32,000 nucleotides of DNA from Candidatus Methylomirabilis oxygeniifera. Its GTDB lineage: Bacteria > Methylomirabilota > Methylomirabilia > Methylomirabilales > Methylomirabilaceae. Both the position numbers and the translations under genes were made by a program. This document shows, piece by piece, positions 1 to 9,316 of the stretch (position 1 is the first letter of the stretch; each line of letters begins with the position of its first letter). Below the pieces are notes generated by a model. The model was not told where the DNA came from. It made no database searches and saw only the letters and a program-made list of their open reading frames with translations. The DNA is taken from contig FP565575.1 of the NCBI GenBank assembly GCA_000091165.1, positions 2,010,001 through 2,042,000 on the forward strand, written 5' to 3'.

Positions 1-289
1 CCGCCGCGACAAACTCCTCGCGGTTGCTCGCCTCCCGCACGGCACTGGTGGCGACTACCGCGACGCACAGGGGGTTGAAACGACGGGCCGTCTCCGCGAA
101 CCTCCTGAGAACCACAAGACTTCGCCGGCTCGGTACATCCTGGAGCAGCCGGCTTGGCATCAACCCTTCACCGAGACGAGCGACCTCCTGTTCCTCGTGA
201 AGAATGGCGAAGCGATCTAAGCCTGTCGCTTCGGCGACAAGCAGGCGTAGCGTATTCGTACCTATATCAATGGCTGCGTAAATCGCCAT
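1..289 (-). CDS. Ppx/GppA exopolyphosphatase family protein, N-terminal part (runs off window)
   Basis: Hand translation of the minus strand from the start codon at 289: MAIYAAIDIGTNTLRLLVAEATG..., the actin-like ATPase motif typical of Ppx/GppA N-termini. Confidence 0.85.
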   Translation of the reverse strand, partial: MAIYAAIDIGTNTLRLLVAEATGLDRFAILHEEQEVARLGEGLMPSRLLQDVPSRRSLVVLRRFAETARRFNPLCVAVVATSAVREASNREEFVAA

Positions 290-490
290 TCGTAACTACT
301 CAGGTGTTTAGGCTGTAGGCTGAAGGCTGTTAGTCATTGCGCATGGACCGAATCAAGGCGCCCAGAACCTTTTTGGTCTCCATCATTGTTGCGTCGCATT
401 TGGTATGGTCTCGCATGGCGCGTTCCTACAGTCTCACAGCCTATAGCCTAACAGCCTTCAGTCTATCCACCTTGTAGTAGTTACCGTCAC

Positions 491-2290
491 TCAGTCCTCA
501 GCGCGGGACGCGTCTGCGGCGGCGTGCAGTCGACGAACCAGGCCGGCCTCAGGCTGAACGGTAATCGTCTTCTCCTGTGTGAGCAAGACGGCTCCCGGTG
601 CGGCAGCCTTCGGCTTCCTTAGAAATTTTCGCAAAACATAGTCTACCGGCACCTTGGCCTCCCCGCGCGCCCGGCTGTAGTAGGCGGCAAGTTGCGCCGC
701 TTCGCAGAGAGTCCTAGGGGGCGCCTGCTTCCCTTTCTGCAAGCGAACGAGGACATGTGAGCCGTGGATGCCCTGGGCGTGCAGCCACAGATCGTGTGAT
801 CGGGCCAGCCGCCAGGTCAGGTGATCGTTACCGGCCCCGTTTTTGCCGACCAGGATCGCTAGGCCATCAGAGGAGCAGAAGATGCGCGGTTCGGGGCCCT
901 CGGACTGCCGAACGCGCGGCGCTGCCGGCCCCTGGATAGGCCGACGCCTCGCCATACAGGCGAAGGCGGCATCAACCCGCTGCAACTCGCCCACATCTTT
1001 CGCCGTCTCTACCTGCTTCATCATCGTCTGCAGCGTACGGAGCCGCTTCGCGGTCTCTGCGAGACGCTCGCCGACAATCTGCGCGCCGCGCTTGGCCTTG
1101 CGGTGCAGGGCGAAATAGTGCTGAGCATTCTCCTCGAGAGAGCAGGCGGGATCCAGTTCAATCTGAAGCGCCCGCTGCGCGGAATCGGCGTAATCGACGA
1201 GTTCGACCATTTGCTGTCCGCGCCGAATGCCGGCCCGATTAGCCAGCAGAAGCCGACCCTTCCGGGCATGCAGTTCGCCGTCACGATAGAGAGTTGCCTC
1301 CCGCTCGAGTTCGGTCATAAGCCGCTCCGCCGCACCAACGTCGCTCTCTAAGCGGTGTAGCAACCCAGCTCGAAGCGTCTGCAGTCGCTCAATCTGCTCG
1401 CGGCTTTCGTGGTACGCAGCACATGCCTCAGCCATCGTGGAATAAGAAACCTGATGGTCATCGGGGACCGTGACAAGCGGAAAGGCTGCGACACCGAGGG
1501 GCTTTCCATCGCTTCCCATGAGAAGCCTGGGCTCGAATGCAGCGGTGGCCACACGGCCCATGAAATCGTAAAATGGCTTCCACAGAGCGTGCGCTTGCTC
1601 GTCGAATGAGGCGAGCGTCGAGAGGCCGGCACGGACCACCAGTTCCGCCGCCATCAATGGGCTGAATCCTGTGAAGCAGGTCGTGAGGATGCGCGCCGGT
1701 TCGACCCCTTCAGTGAGGCGCAGGCGGACCAGTTCAAGGAATTCGTTTTCCTGAACCAACCTGGGATCGACGCGGCCGCAATCGAGGGGAGGCTGATACG
1801 GCTCGCCCGGTCCCGGCGTCTCACCCCTCGCTCGTCCGGAGGCCGCGCGAAGGCGGTCGATGACCGTTCCAGCAGCTCGATCGACGAGGAAAAAGTTGCT
1901 CGCAGGCCCCAACATCTCTACATATAAGATCATAGCCGCCTCGCTTGTGGTGAGCCCCGTCGAACCAGGCAGCGGGCCGCTACGCATATGGATCGCCATG
2001 ATCCGATCCAGACCCACCTGCTCAACCCTCTCGATCACCGCCCCTTGTGTCTTTGACGCAACAAGGTCTCCAAACCTCGACGAGTGTGAAGCAGGCTTGC
2101 GCGGCGGTGAGAGCAACTCGATGCTGGGCGCGCCAGGCTTGACAGACAGCAGGAGTCCGTCCGGCCCTTGTCTCCTATGAAAGATCAGCAGCAGGCTCCA
2201 CTGATCGAGTTGTAGAGCGCGACCGATCGTAACACCCGGAAGGACGGCTCGCAGCTCTTGAATGATCGCGGCCAGGCAAAAGGCATCCAT
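491..2290 (-). CDS. rqcH: NFACT/RqcH family ribosome quality control protein (fibronectin-binding-like)
   Basis: NFACT-N-like start MDAFCLAAIIQELR and C-terminal NFACT-R-like 'HLTWRLARSHDLWLHAQGIHGSHVLVR'. ORF track extends to 2440, but the internal Met at 2290 fits family N-termini better. Confidence 0.85.
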   Translation of the reverse strand: MDAFCLAAIIQELRAVLPGVTIGRALQLDQWSLLLIFHRRQGPDGLLLSVKPGAPSIELLSPPRKPASHSSRFGDLVASKTQGAVIERVEQVGLDRIMAIHMRSGPLPGSTGLTTSEAAMILYVEMLGPASNFFLVDRAAGTVIDRLRAASGRARGETPGPGEPYQPPLDCGRVDPRLVQENEFLELVRLRLTEGVEPARILTTCFTGFSPLMAAELVVRAGLSTLASFDEQAHALWKPFYDFMGRVATAAFEPRLLMGSDGKPLGVAAFPLVTVPDDHQVSYSTMAEACAAYHESREQIERLQTLRAGLLHRLESDVGAAERLMTELEREATLYRDGELHARKGRLLLANRAGIRRGQQMVELVDYADSAQRALQIELDPACSLEENAQHYFALHRKAKRGAQIVGERLAETAKRLRTLQTMMKQVETAKDVGELQRVDAAFACMARRRPIQGPAAPRVRQSEGPEPRIFCSSDGLAILVGKNGAGNDHLTWRLARSHDLWLHAQGIHGSHVLVRLQKGKQAPPRTLCEAAQLAAYYSRARGEAKVPVDYVLRKFLRKPKAAAPGAVLLTQEKTITVQPEAGLVRRLHAAADASRAED

Positions 2291-2464
2291 GACACGCACT
2301 ATACCGAAGGGCGTACGGCCTGTAAAGGCCGGCTCGGCCGATGCGGATAACAACGGGGAACGCCTCCTCCTGGAAAAAATCATAGATAGGGACTTGACAA
2401 GGCAGCAATAGGTGCATATACTCTCAATGTGAGGAGTCACCCAACAGAGTCAGGGGTAGCTTAA

Positions 2465-2881
2465 GTGGCCGCGTGTGCCTGTTCCAGTATTCGCAAGGCA
2501 GCACGGGCAGTCACAGAGCTCTATGACGGAATTCTGAAACCGAGCGGTTTGCGGGTAACTCAGTTCGCATTGCTACACGTCCTGGCAAGTGCGGGTTCGA
2601 CTACCATCACGCGCCTCGGTCAGATATTGGTCATAGACCGAACTACAATGACGCGCAACCTGAAGCCGCTAGTAAATCAGGGGTTGATCACGATCGAAGC
2701 GGGCCAGGATCAGCGCACGAGGGTGGTGACGCTGACACCCTCCGGTCGGGAGGCTCTGGCAAAGGCTTTGCCGCTTTGGGAAAAGGCTCAAACACGTGTC
2801 GTCGAAGGGCTGGGTCGCCAACGCTGGAGCACGTTACTGGCCGATTTGTCAGCGGTGATGGCCTTAGCCCGATTAGAGTGA
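2465..2881 (+). CDS. MarR family transcriptional regulator
   Basis: winged-helix pattern LRVTQFALLHVLASAG..TITRLGQILVIDRTTMTRNLKPLVNQGLI...DQRTRVVTLTPSGREAL. Confidence 0.85.
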   Translation: MAACACSSIRKAARAVTELYDGILKPSGLRVTQFALLHVLASAGSTTITRLGQILVIDRTTMTRNLKPLVNQGLITIEAGQDQRTRVVTLTPSGREALAKALPLWEKAQTRVVEGLGRQRWSTLLADLSAVMALARLE

Positions 2882-2953
2882 GTTTTTTTTGTCATATAGG
2901 TGTATACACACTCATGTATGTGGCGAACTGAATAGTCGGTAACGGAGGATCCC

Positions 2954-3022
2954 GTGGCGAAGCTTGACGACCCCCCAGCCGCGAAACGTTTCTACGAGAC
3001 CGACAACGACCGTAAACCTTAA
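2954..3022 (+). CDS. possible 22-aa small ORF upstream of pmoC (VAKLDDPPAAKRFYETDNDRKP)
   Basis: GTG start preceded by GGAGG at SD distance; stop TAA; no other evidence. Confidence 0.25.
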   Translation: MAKLDDPPAAKRFYETDNDRKP

Positions 3023-3157
3023 CCCGTTTCATGACGGCGACAAAGGAGGTGGGAGCCGGCGGTCAAAACGAGAAAAGGAAGGGAACACGATTTGTAGCTC
3101 TACAGTAGTACCGTCTACGTCATGTAAATTGTTGAGAGCGTAAGGAGGAAGGATCAA

Positions 3158-3934
3158 ATGGCACAGTACAGGACGGAAGCTGCGCCGGCTAAGCGCGCCG
3201 AGTCAGTCGAGCAGATGTTTGGCTGGGGCACCTTCTTTAAATGTCAGATAGCTATTAGCATCTTCTACGTTATGATTCGGATTTACCAGCAGTACTTCTC
3301 CTGGTCGAAAGGCCTCGACTTCTTCTCCGAGGACTTCCGGATCTACTGGTGGAACATGTTGATCGGGGAGTTGATTATCGAGGGGGCGGTGCTGACCTTC
3401 GCCCTGGGGTACATCTGGAAGACTCGCGACCGGAACCTCGATAAAATTACGCCGGAGGAGGAGCTCAGGCGGTTCTGGGGTCTCGGGCAGTGGATCGCGA
3501 CGTTCGCCTGGGCGGTGTATTGGGGCGCCAGCTTCTTTACCGAGCAGGACGGGACGTGGCACCAGACGGTGATCCGCGATACGGACTTTACGCCGAGCCA
3601 CATCATTGAGTTCTATCTCAGCTACCCGATCTACATCATCATCGGGATTAGCGCCTACATGTGGGCCCGGACCCGACTCCCCCTATTTTCGAAGGCCCAC
3701 TCGATCCCGTTCATGCTCACGGTCGGCGGCCCTGCGATGATCTTTGTCAATGTCGCGCTGAACGAGTGGGGTCACACCTTCTGGATCATGGAAGAGCTGT
3801 TTGTGGCGCCGCTGCATTGGGGCTTTGTCACGCTGGGTTGGTGTCTGTTTGGGGTGTATGGCGTGGCGGCGGCGATGTGTCCGCGGATCTTTGAGTTGAT
3901 CAGGATCACCAGCGGTGGTAAGGCGACCGCGTAA
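3158..3934 (+). CDS. pmoC: particulate methane/ammonia monooxygenase subunit C (PmoC/AmoC family)
   Basis: 258 aa, multi-TM, contains D-x3-H-x12-H (D131,H135,H148) in 'QDGTWHQTVIRDTDFTPSH' and N-x3-H-x13-H (N202,H206,H220) in 'LNEWGHTFWIMEELFVAPLH'; good AAGGAGGAAGG SD. Confidence 0.95.
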   Translation: MAQYRTEAAPAKRAESVEQMFGWGTFFKCQIAISIFYVMIRIYQQYFSWSKGLDFFSEDFRIYWWNMLIGELIIEGAVLTFALGYIWKTRDRNLDKITPEEELRRFWGLGQWIATFAWAVYWGASFFTEQDGTWHQTVIRDTDFTPSHIIEFYLSYPIYIIIGISAYMWARTRLPLFSKAHSIPFMLTVGGPAMIFVNVALNEWGHTFWIMEELFVAPLHWGFVTLGWCLFGVYGVAAAMCPRIFELIRITSGGKATA

Positions 3935-3990
3935 CGATACTCGTTGAGGATCGTTTTTTGAGGTCCCCAAAGTCTACATGACCAAATGTG

Positions 3991-4017
3991 GAGGGGGGTG
4001 GTTGCTCACCCCCCCTC
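3991..4017 (+). promoter_or_regulatory. strong G/C hairpin between pmoC and the downstream gene
   Basis: GAGGGGGGTG-gttgct-CACCCCCCCTC near-perfect inverted repeat (one-base bulge), no following T-run. Confidence 0.5.
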
Positions 4018-4117
4018 CCTAACTAAGCCCGGGGCCATCGCGGAGGGTCTCGATCAGACGGGGATTCGAGGGCGGAAAGGCCAAGAAGGGGCGAGGGGGA
4101 AGGAGGGAGGTAGGGTC

Positions 4118-4897
4118 ATGAAGTATGTAGCTGCGATTGGGTGTGCGATCCTGATGGCTGCGTCTGGAGTGTCGCAGGCATGGGCTCACGGTGGGGGTGG
4201 GATGGGCGGGATCACGGAGAGCGACCTCTGCTCAATGGAAAAGGGGCAGTATTTTATTCACTTCAGCGCCTATCAGCATGGGACGGTGGACCGGGCCTCA
4301 CAGCCGGCTCAGCTCAAAGAGCTTAAGGATGCGGACCTGAGGCGGTACGTGGATGCGATGAAGGAAGAGTTTCAATCCTACTGTCGGGATATTCCAAGAA
4401 CAGGAAAGGCGACGCTGACGTTTGATCTTATCAGCGATGCGTTTCGAAGGATCCCTGTGGCGGTCCGCGTCGTCGAGGCCTCTGAGCGTGAAGGGGGTGA
4501 AACGGTCCTGTATGTCCCCCAACAAGTCTATCCTTCCGGCGTCGTGAGGGCCGAGACCGATTTTGCGAAGGCCGGAAAGTATAGGGCGGTCGTAGAGGTG
4601 GAGGAGCAGGGCGGATTACACGGTGGTGGTGTCGACGCAGAGGCTGTCGTCAGCCACGTTCACGATGCCGCGGTGAGCGAGCAGCATACCAGTACAGCGG
4701 AAGAGGAGGCGTATCATGCACACGATTCGACCTTCAGCTTCCCCTTTACCGTCGGATTGAAGACACCCAGGGGGGGCGCGCGCGGTCCGTCCATGATGAG
4801 CAATCCGGCAATTTTGGTGACGGCGGTTGCCGGCGTGGGAATCGGCGCCGTGCTGTATGTGAGACGAAAAAAGAAAGCGGCCCAAACATACTCTTGA
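4118..4897 (+). CDS. hypothetical His-rich periplasmic protein with C-terminal membrane anchor
   Basis: Signal peptide MKYVAAIGCAILMAASGVSQAWA, His/Gly-rich segments, C-terminal TM 'PAILVTAVAGVGIGAVLYVRRKKK'; start 4118 with GGAGGTAGGGTC upstream. Confidence 0.8.
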   Translation: MKYVAAIGCAILMAASGVSQAWAHGGGGMGGITESDLCSMEKGQYFIHFSAYQHGTVDRASQPAQLKELKDADLRRYVDAMKEEFQSYCRDIPRTGKATLTFDLISDAFRRIPVAVRVVEASEREGGETVLYVPQQVYPSGVVRAETDFAKAGKYRAVVEVEEQGGLHGGGVDAEAVVSHVHDAAVSEQHTSTAEEEAYHAHDSTFSFPFTVGLKTPRGGARGPSMMSNPAILVTAVAGVGIGAVLYVRRKKKAAQTYS

Positions 4898-5085
4898 CAA
4901 AAAATTAACCCCCTTACGATGATGGGGTGAATGCTCGTGAGAGGGTTTTATGTGTGGCCAGCGGGCCGAGCGTTAGGCTCTATTCGTTAGGCTGGTGGTG
5001 CCGGCGCCGACGGCGTACCTGGCGCAGCAATCGCAATGTCATTCATCCAAGATTCGGAAGTTTCATCCTTCTTGGGACCATCCTA

Positions 5086-5205
5086 ATGGGCGCGGAGGTG
5101 ACCGCTTGCAACAAGCCGATCGGTTATAACTCTTGCGTGGAGTGCATGCTGTGCGTCTCCGCTTGCCCGGTGGGAGCGATCGGCGCGGATGTGGCAGGTT
5201 CAATT
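5086..5205 (+). pseudogene. 4Fe-4S ferredoxin-like remnant
   Basis: MGAEVTACNKPIGYNSCVECMLCVSACPVGAIGADV retains CxxCxxCxxxCP, but the second cluster/rest of domain is missing and the following sequence looks non-coding. Confidence 0.5.
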
Positions 5206-5261
5206 TACTCGCCTCGGAACAGGCATCTTTCCCTTCCATTCACTCTTACCTTGACTGAACC

Positions 5262-7877
5262 TTACAGCACTCGTCTGAGAAACTGGCCGGTGTAGGAGTT
5301 CGGGTGGTCCGCTACCTCCTCCGGCCGTCCGGCCACGACGACCTGCCCCCCGTCGTCTCCGCCCTCCGGACCCAGGTCGATGATCCAGTCGGCCGTCTTG
5401 ATCACCTCCAGGTTGTGCTCGATCACCAGGACGGTGTTACCGGTGTCGGTCAGGCGGTGCAACACCTCCAGAAGCTGGCTGATATCGTGGAAGTGCAACC
5501 CGGTGGTCGGCTCATCCAGGATATACAGGGTCTGGCCGGTCCCCCGCTTGCTGAGTTCCCGTGAGAGCTTCACCCGCTGCGCCTCGCCGCCGGAGAGCGT
5601 TGTGGCCGACTGACCCAGTTTGATGTAACCCAGACCGACGTCGAAGAGTGTCTGGAGTTTTTCCTTGATCTTGGGGACGGGTTGGAAGAAGGCCAGCGCC
5701 TCTTCCACGGTCATATTCAATATGTCGGCAATGCTCTGACCCTTATACATGATCTCCAGCGTCTCCCGATCGTATCGCGCCCCCTTACAGACATCACAGG
5801 TCACGTGAACGTCGGGGAGGAAGTGCATCTCGATCTGGATCAGGCCGTCGCCCTGACAGGCCTCGCATCGACCGCCCTTGACATTAAAGCTGAAGCGGCC
5901 CGGCTTATAGCCTCGGATACGCGATTCCGGAACCAGCGCGTACAGCTCCCTGATGAGACTGAAGACCCCGGTGTAGGTGGCAGGATTGCTGCGTGGGGTG
6001 CGGCCGATGGGCGACTGATCGATGTCGATCACCTTATCGATATGTTCGGTGCCGAGAATCTTGTCGTGCGCCCCCGGTCGCTCCCGCGAGCCGTAAAGTT
6101 GCCGATCGAGCGCCCGCCGCAGGATCTCGTTCACCAGGGTACTCTTGCCGGAACCGGAGACGCCGGTCACGCAGGTCAATACCCCCAGGGGGATCTCCAC
6201 CTCGATGTTCTTGAGGTTGTGTTCTCGCGCCCCGACGATGGTCAGGATGCAACCGTTTCCTCTCCGCCGAAGAGCAGGAACAGGAATCGCCAGGCGTCCC
6301 GACAGATACTGACCCGTCAGCGAACTCTTATGTCGGATGATGTCACGGGGGCTACCGCACGCCACGACCCGCCCGCCGGACACCCCTGCCCCTGGCCCCA
6401 GGTCGATGACATAGTCGGCGTCGCGGATCGTCTCTTCGTCGTGCTCCACGACCAGAACGGTATTCCCCAGATCGCGGAGCCGCTTCAGGGTATCCAGAAG
6501 GCGAACATTATCCCGTTGGTGCAGACCGATGCTGGGCTCGTCCAGGATGTACAGGACGCCGACCAGCGAGCTGCCGATCTGCGTCGCCAAGCGGATCCGC
6601 TGCGCCTCGCCGCCGGCCAGGGTGGCCGCGGTCCGGTCCAGGGTCAGGTAGTCGAGGCCGACGTTCACGAGGAACGTCAGACGCTCCCGCAGCTCCTTCA
6701 GGATGCGGCGAGCGATCTCACGGTCTTTCTCGCTGAGTTCCAACTCCTGGAAGAACCGCAGCGCCGCCTTGACCGAATAGCGCGTCACGTCCGCGATCGA
6801 CTTGCCGTCTATTTTAATGGCCAGTGTCTCCCGCCTCAGGCGCGCTCCTTGACACGTCGGGCATGGGCGGATACTGGCCAACCGCTTGACGTAGTTCTCA
6901 ATCTCCTCCCGCACCTTGGAGGACGAGGTTTCCTTATAGCGTTGGTCCAGATAGTGGATGTTCGGACTCCCGTGCCACGGCTCCAAAATGCCGGGCAGAT
7001 CATCCATCCGACCGTCCAGTTTTGTGCCCAGGCCATCGCACGTAGGACAGGCGCCGTGCGGATTATTGAAGGAGAAGATGCGAGGGCTGATTTCCGGATA
7101 GCTGACGCCGCAGTCGATACAGGCCAGCCGCTCAGAGAAGGTCAGATCCTTCGATGGATCGAGGAGGTTGACGACCACAATCCCCTCGCTGAGTTTGAGC
7201 GCGGTCTCGAGCGAATCAGCCAGCCGTTTTCGAATATCCGCCTTCAGGATGAGCCGATCCACCACGACCTCGATTGTATGCTTCTTCTTCTTGTCGAGCT
7301 CGATTAACTCCTCAAGCTCCCGCAGCTTACCGTCGACACGGACGCGGACGAACCCCTGCCGGCGCAGGTCGGCAAAGACCTGGCGATACTCCCCCTTCCG
7401 CCCTCGTACGACCGGGGCCAGGACCTGGAACTTGCTTCCATCCGACAGCGCCATCACCTGGTCCACAATCTGCTGAACCGTCTGGGAGGTGATCGGCTTG
7501 CCGCAGGTGTAACAGTACGGCTTGCCGACCCTCGCAAACAGCAGGCGGAGGTAGTCGTAGATCTCCGTTACCGTCGCGACGGTCGAACGGGGGTTCTTGC
7601 TGGTGGTCTTCTGCTCGATAGAGATCGCCGGCGAGAGCCCCTCGATCAGATCCACGTCCGGTTTATCCATCTGCTCCAGGAACTGACGGGCGTAGGTAGA
7701 CAGCGACTCAACGTACCGACGCTGCCCCTCGGCATAGATGGTGTCAAAGGCCAGCGACGACTTCCCGGAACCGGACACGCCGGTGATAACCACCAGCTTG
7801 TCCCGAGGGATCTCCAGATCGATCGACTGAAGGTTATGCTCTCGTGCGCCACGAATCAGAATCTTATCGCTTGCCAT
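5262..7877 (-). CDS. uvrA: excinuclease ABC subunit A
   Basis: 871 aa; two Walker A motifs ([36 protein letters not shown]), two ABC signatures ([24 protein letters not shown]), zinc cysteine pairs, [20 protein letters not shown]. Confidence 0.97.
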   Translation of the reverse strand: MASDKILIRGAREHNLQSIDLEIPRDKLVVITGVSGSGKSSLAFDTIYAEGQRRYVESLSTYARQFLEQMDKPDVDLIEGLSPAISIEQKTTSKNPRSTVATVTEIYDYLRLLFARVGKPYCYTCGKPITSQTVQQIVDQVMALSDGSKFQVLAPVVRGRKGEYRQVFADLRRQGFVRVRVDGKLRELEELIELDKKKKHTIEVVVDRLILKADIRKRLADSLETALKLSEGIVVVNLLDPSKDLTFSERLACIDCGVSYPEISPRIFSFNNPHGACPTCDGLGTKLDGRMDDLPGILEPWHGSPNIHYLDQRYKETSSSKVREEIENYVKRLASIRPCPTCQGARLRRETLAIKIDGKSIADVTRYSVKAALRFFQELELSEKDREIARRILKELRERLTFLVNVGLDYLTLDRTAATLAGGEAQRIRLATQIGSSLVGVLYILDEPSIGLHQRDNVRLLDTLKRLRDLGNTVLVVEHDEETIRDADYVIDLGPGAGVSGGRVVACGSPRDIIRHKSSLTGQYLSGRLAIPVPALRRRGNGCILTIVGAREHNLKNIEVEIPLGVLTCVTGVSGSGKSTLVNEILRRALDRQLYGSRERPGAHDKILGTEHIDKVIDIDQSPIGRTPRSNPATYTGVFSLIRELYALVPESRIRGYKPGRFSFNVKGGRCEACQGDGLIQIEMHFLPDVHVTCDVCKGARYDRETLEIMYKGQSIADILNMTVEEALAFFQPVPKIKEKLQTLFDVGLGYIKLGQSATTLSGGEAQRVKLSRELSKRGTGQTLYILDEPTTGLHFHDISQLLEVLHRLTDTGNTVLVIEHNLEVIKTADWIIDLGPEGGDDGGQVVVAGRPEEVADHPNSYTGQFLRRVL

Positions 7878-8090
7878 AATGTGACTGACTCCTGCAGATC
7901 GTTCAGGCCCGGAAAAATGTTCAAAGGAGGACTCTCAAACAGCAATTTTTTATTATAACTGATTTTTGCCGCCCCGCAAGGCGACGCAGCAGAGAGAGGC
8001 CCGGAACCCTACACCCCACGCTTGCAACCCGGCTCACTTGGTCCATATTTTCATTGACAGGTAACGGCCGCCGTTGCCATTATACAGCGG

Positions 8091-8176
<86 letters not shown>

Positions 8177-8287
8177 CGGTATATCTGTAGTGTCGCGATC
8201 GACAGTCCCCTTGACATCTTCGTACATCGCAATCGATTGTTCAGGTTATGCAATGGCACCGAAGGCGGCGCCCGAAACATCATCCGG

Positions 8288-9316
8288 ATGTGGATGCAGC
8301 GCGCCAAGGACCGAGCGTTGGAACCAGGGACCATTGTACTGACAGGTTGTGCGGGCTTCATCGGCTGCAAGGTCGCCGAGCTGCTCCTCCATGCCGGTCA
8401 CCTCGTTATCGGGATCGATAATCTCAACGACGCCTACGACGTCCGGCTCAAACAATGGCGTCTTGAGCAGATCCTCCACCATCCCGGCTTTCAGTTCCAC
8501 CAGCTCGACATCAGCAATCGCGCCGCTCTAAGCGCGCTCTTTGAGAGCGCATGCGGAACTCCGGGTAACCGTCCGTCGGCAATCATCAACCTGGCGGCCA
8601 GAGCCGGCGTGCGCCAGTCTGTTGAAGACCCCTGGGTGTACTTCGACACCAACGTCACCGGGACGCTGAACCTGTTGGACCTTTGCCGGACACTCAGCAT
8701 CAATAAGTTTATCCTCGCCTCTACCTCCAGTCTGTACGGTCAGGGCAATGCAATGCCCTACCGGGAAGATGCGAATACCGACGCCCCCCTTTCGCCATAC
8801 GCCGCTTCCAAAAAAGCGGCTGAAGCCTTCTGCTATACCTATCACTATCTGTATGGGATCGATGTCACAGTGTTTCGGTACTTCACCGTGTACGGTCCCG
8901 CCGGGCGACCCGATATGAGTCTCTTTCGCTTTGTACAGTGGATCAGCGAAGAACGCCCGGTGATGTTGTATGGCGACGGCCGACAATCCCGCGACTTCAC
9001 GTTTGTGGACGATATCGCGAGAGGGACGATCGCCGGACTTACGCCCCTCGGGTTTGAGATCATCAACTTAGGCTCCGACACACCTATTGTGCTGATGGAT
9101 GCGGTCCGACTCGTGGAGGCATTGGTCGGGAAGAGGGCTGAGATCGTCCACGCATCCCGTCATCCGGCCGACGTGCAGGCGACGTGGGCGGAGATCAGCA
9201 AGGCCAAACGATTGCTGGACTGGCAGCCGCAATCGACATTTCAGGACGGCGTCGGCGCACTGGTGCGATGGTATCAGACCAACCGCGAGTGGGCGAGGCA
9301 TGTATCAACAGGGTAA
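8288..9316 (+). CDS. NAD-dependent epimerase/dehydratase (UDP-glucuronate 4-epimerase-like)
   Basis: TGCAGFIGCKVAELLLHAGHLVIGIDNLN, YAASKKAAEAFCYTYHYLYGI, FRYFTVYGPAGRPDM; exact start uncertain (8288 or 8294 or upstream). Confidence 0.9.
   Translation: MWMQRAKDRALEPGTIVLTGCAGFIGCKVAELLLHAGHLVIGIDNLNDAYDVRLKQWRLEQILHHPGFQFHQLDISNRAALSALFESACGTPGNRPSAIINLAARAGVRQSVEDPWVYFDTNVTGTLNLLDLCRTLSINKFILASTSSLYGQGNAMPYREDANTDAPLSPYAASKKAAEAFCYTYHYLYGIDVTVFRYFTVYGPAGRPDMSLFRFVQWISEERPVMLYGDGRQSRDFTFVDDIARGTIAGLTPLGFEIINLGSDTPIVLMDAVRLVEALVGKRAEIVHASRHPADVQATWAEISKAKRLLDWQPQSTFQDGVGALVRWYQTNREWARHVSTG

Noticed and set aside
4927-5295. Full 122-aa ORF as a genuine protein
   Set aside because: Only the central CxxCxxCxxxCP segment looks protein-like; the N-terminal Arg-rich part and C-terminus look like non-coding translation, so it is listed as a remnant instead.
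5682-7307. 541-aa plus-strand ORF antisense to uvrA
   Set aside because: Mirror ORF of a high-GC real gene; low-complexity Arg/Asp/Leu-rich translation and no recognisable domain, while uvrA on the other strand is unambiguous.
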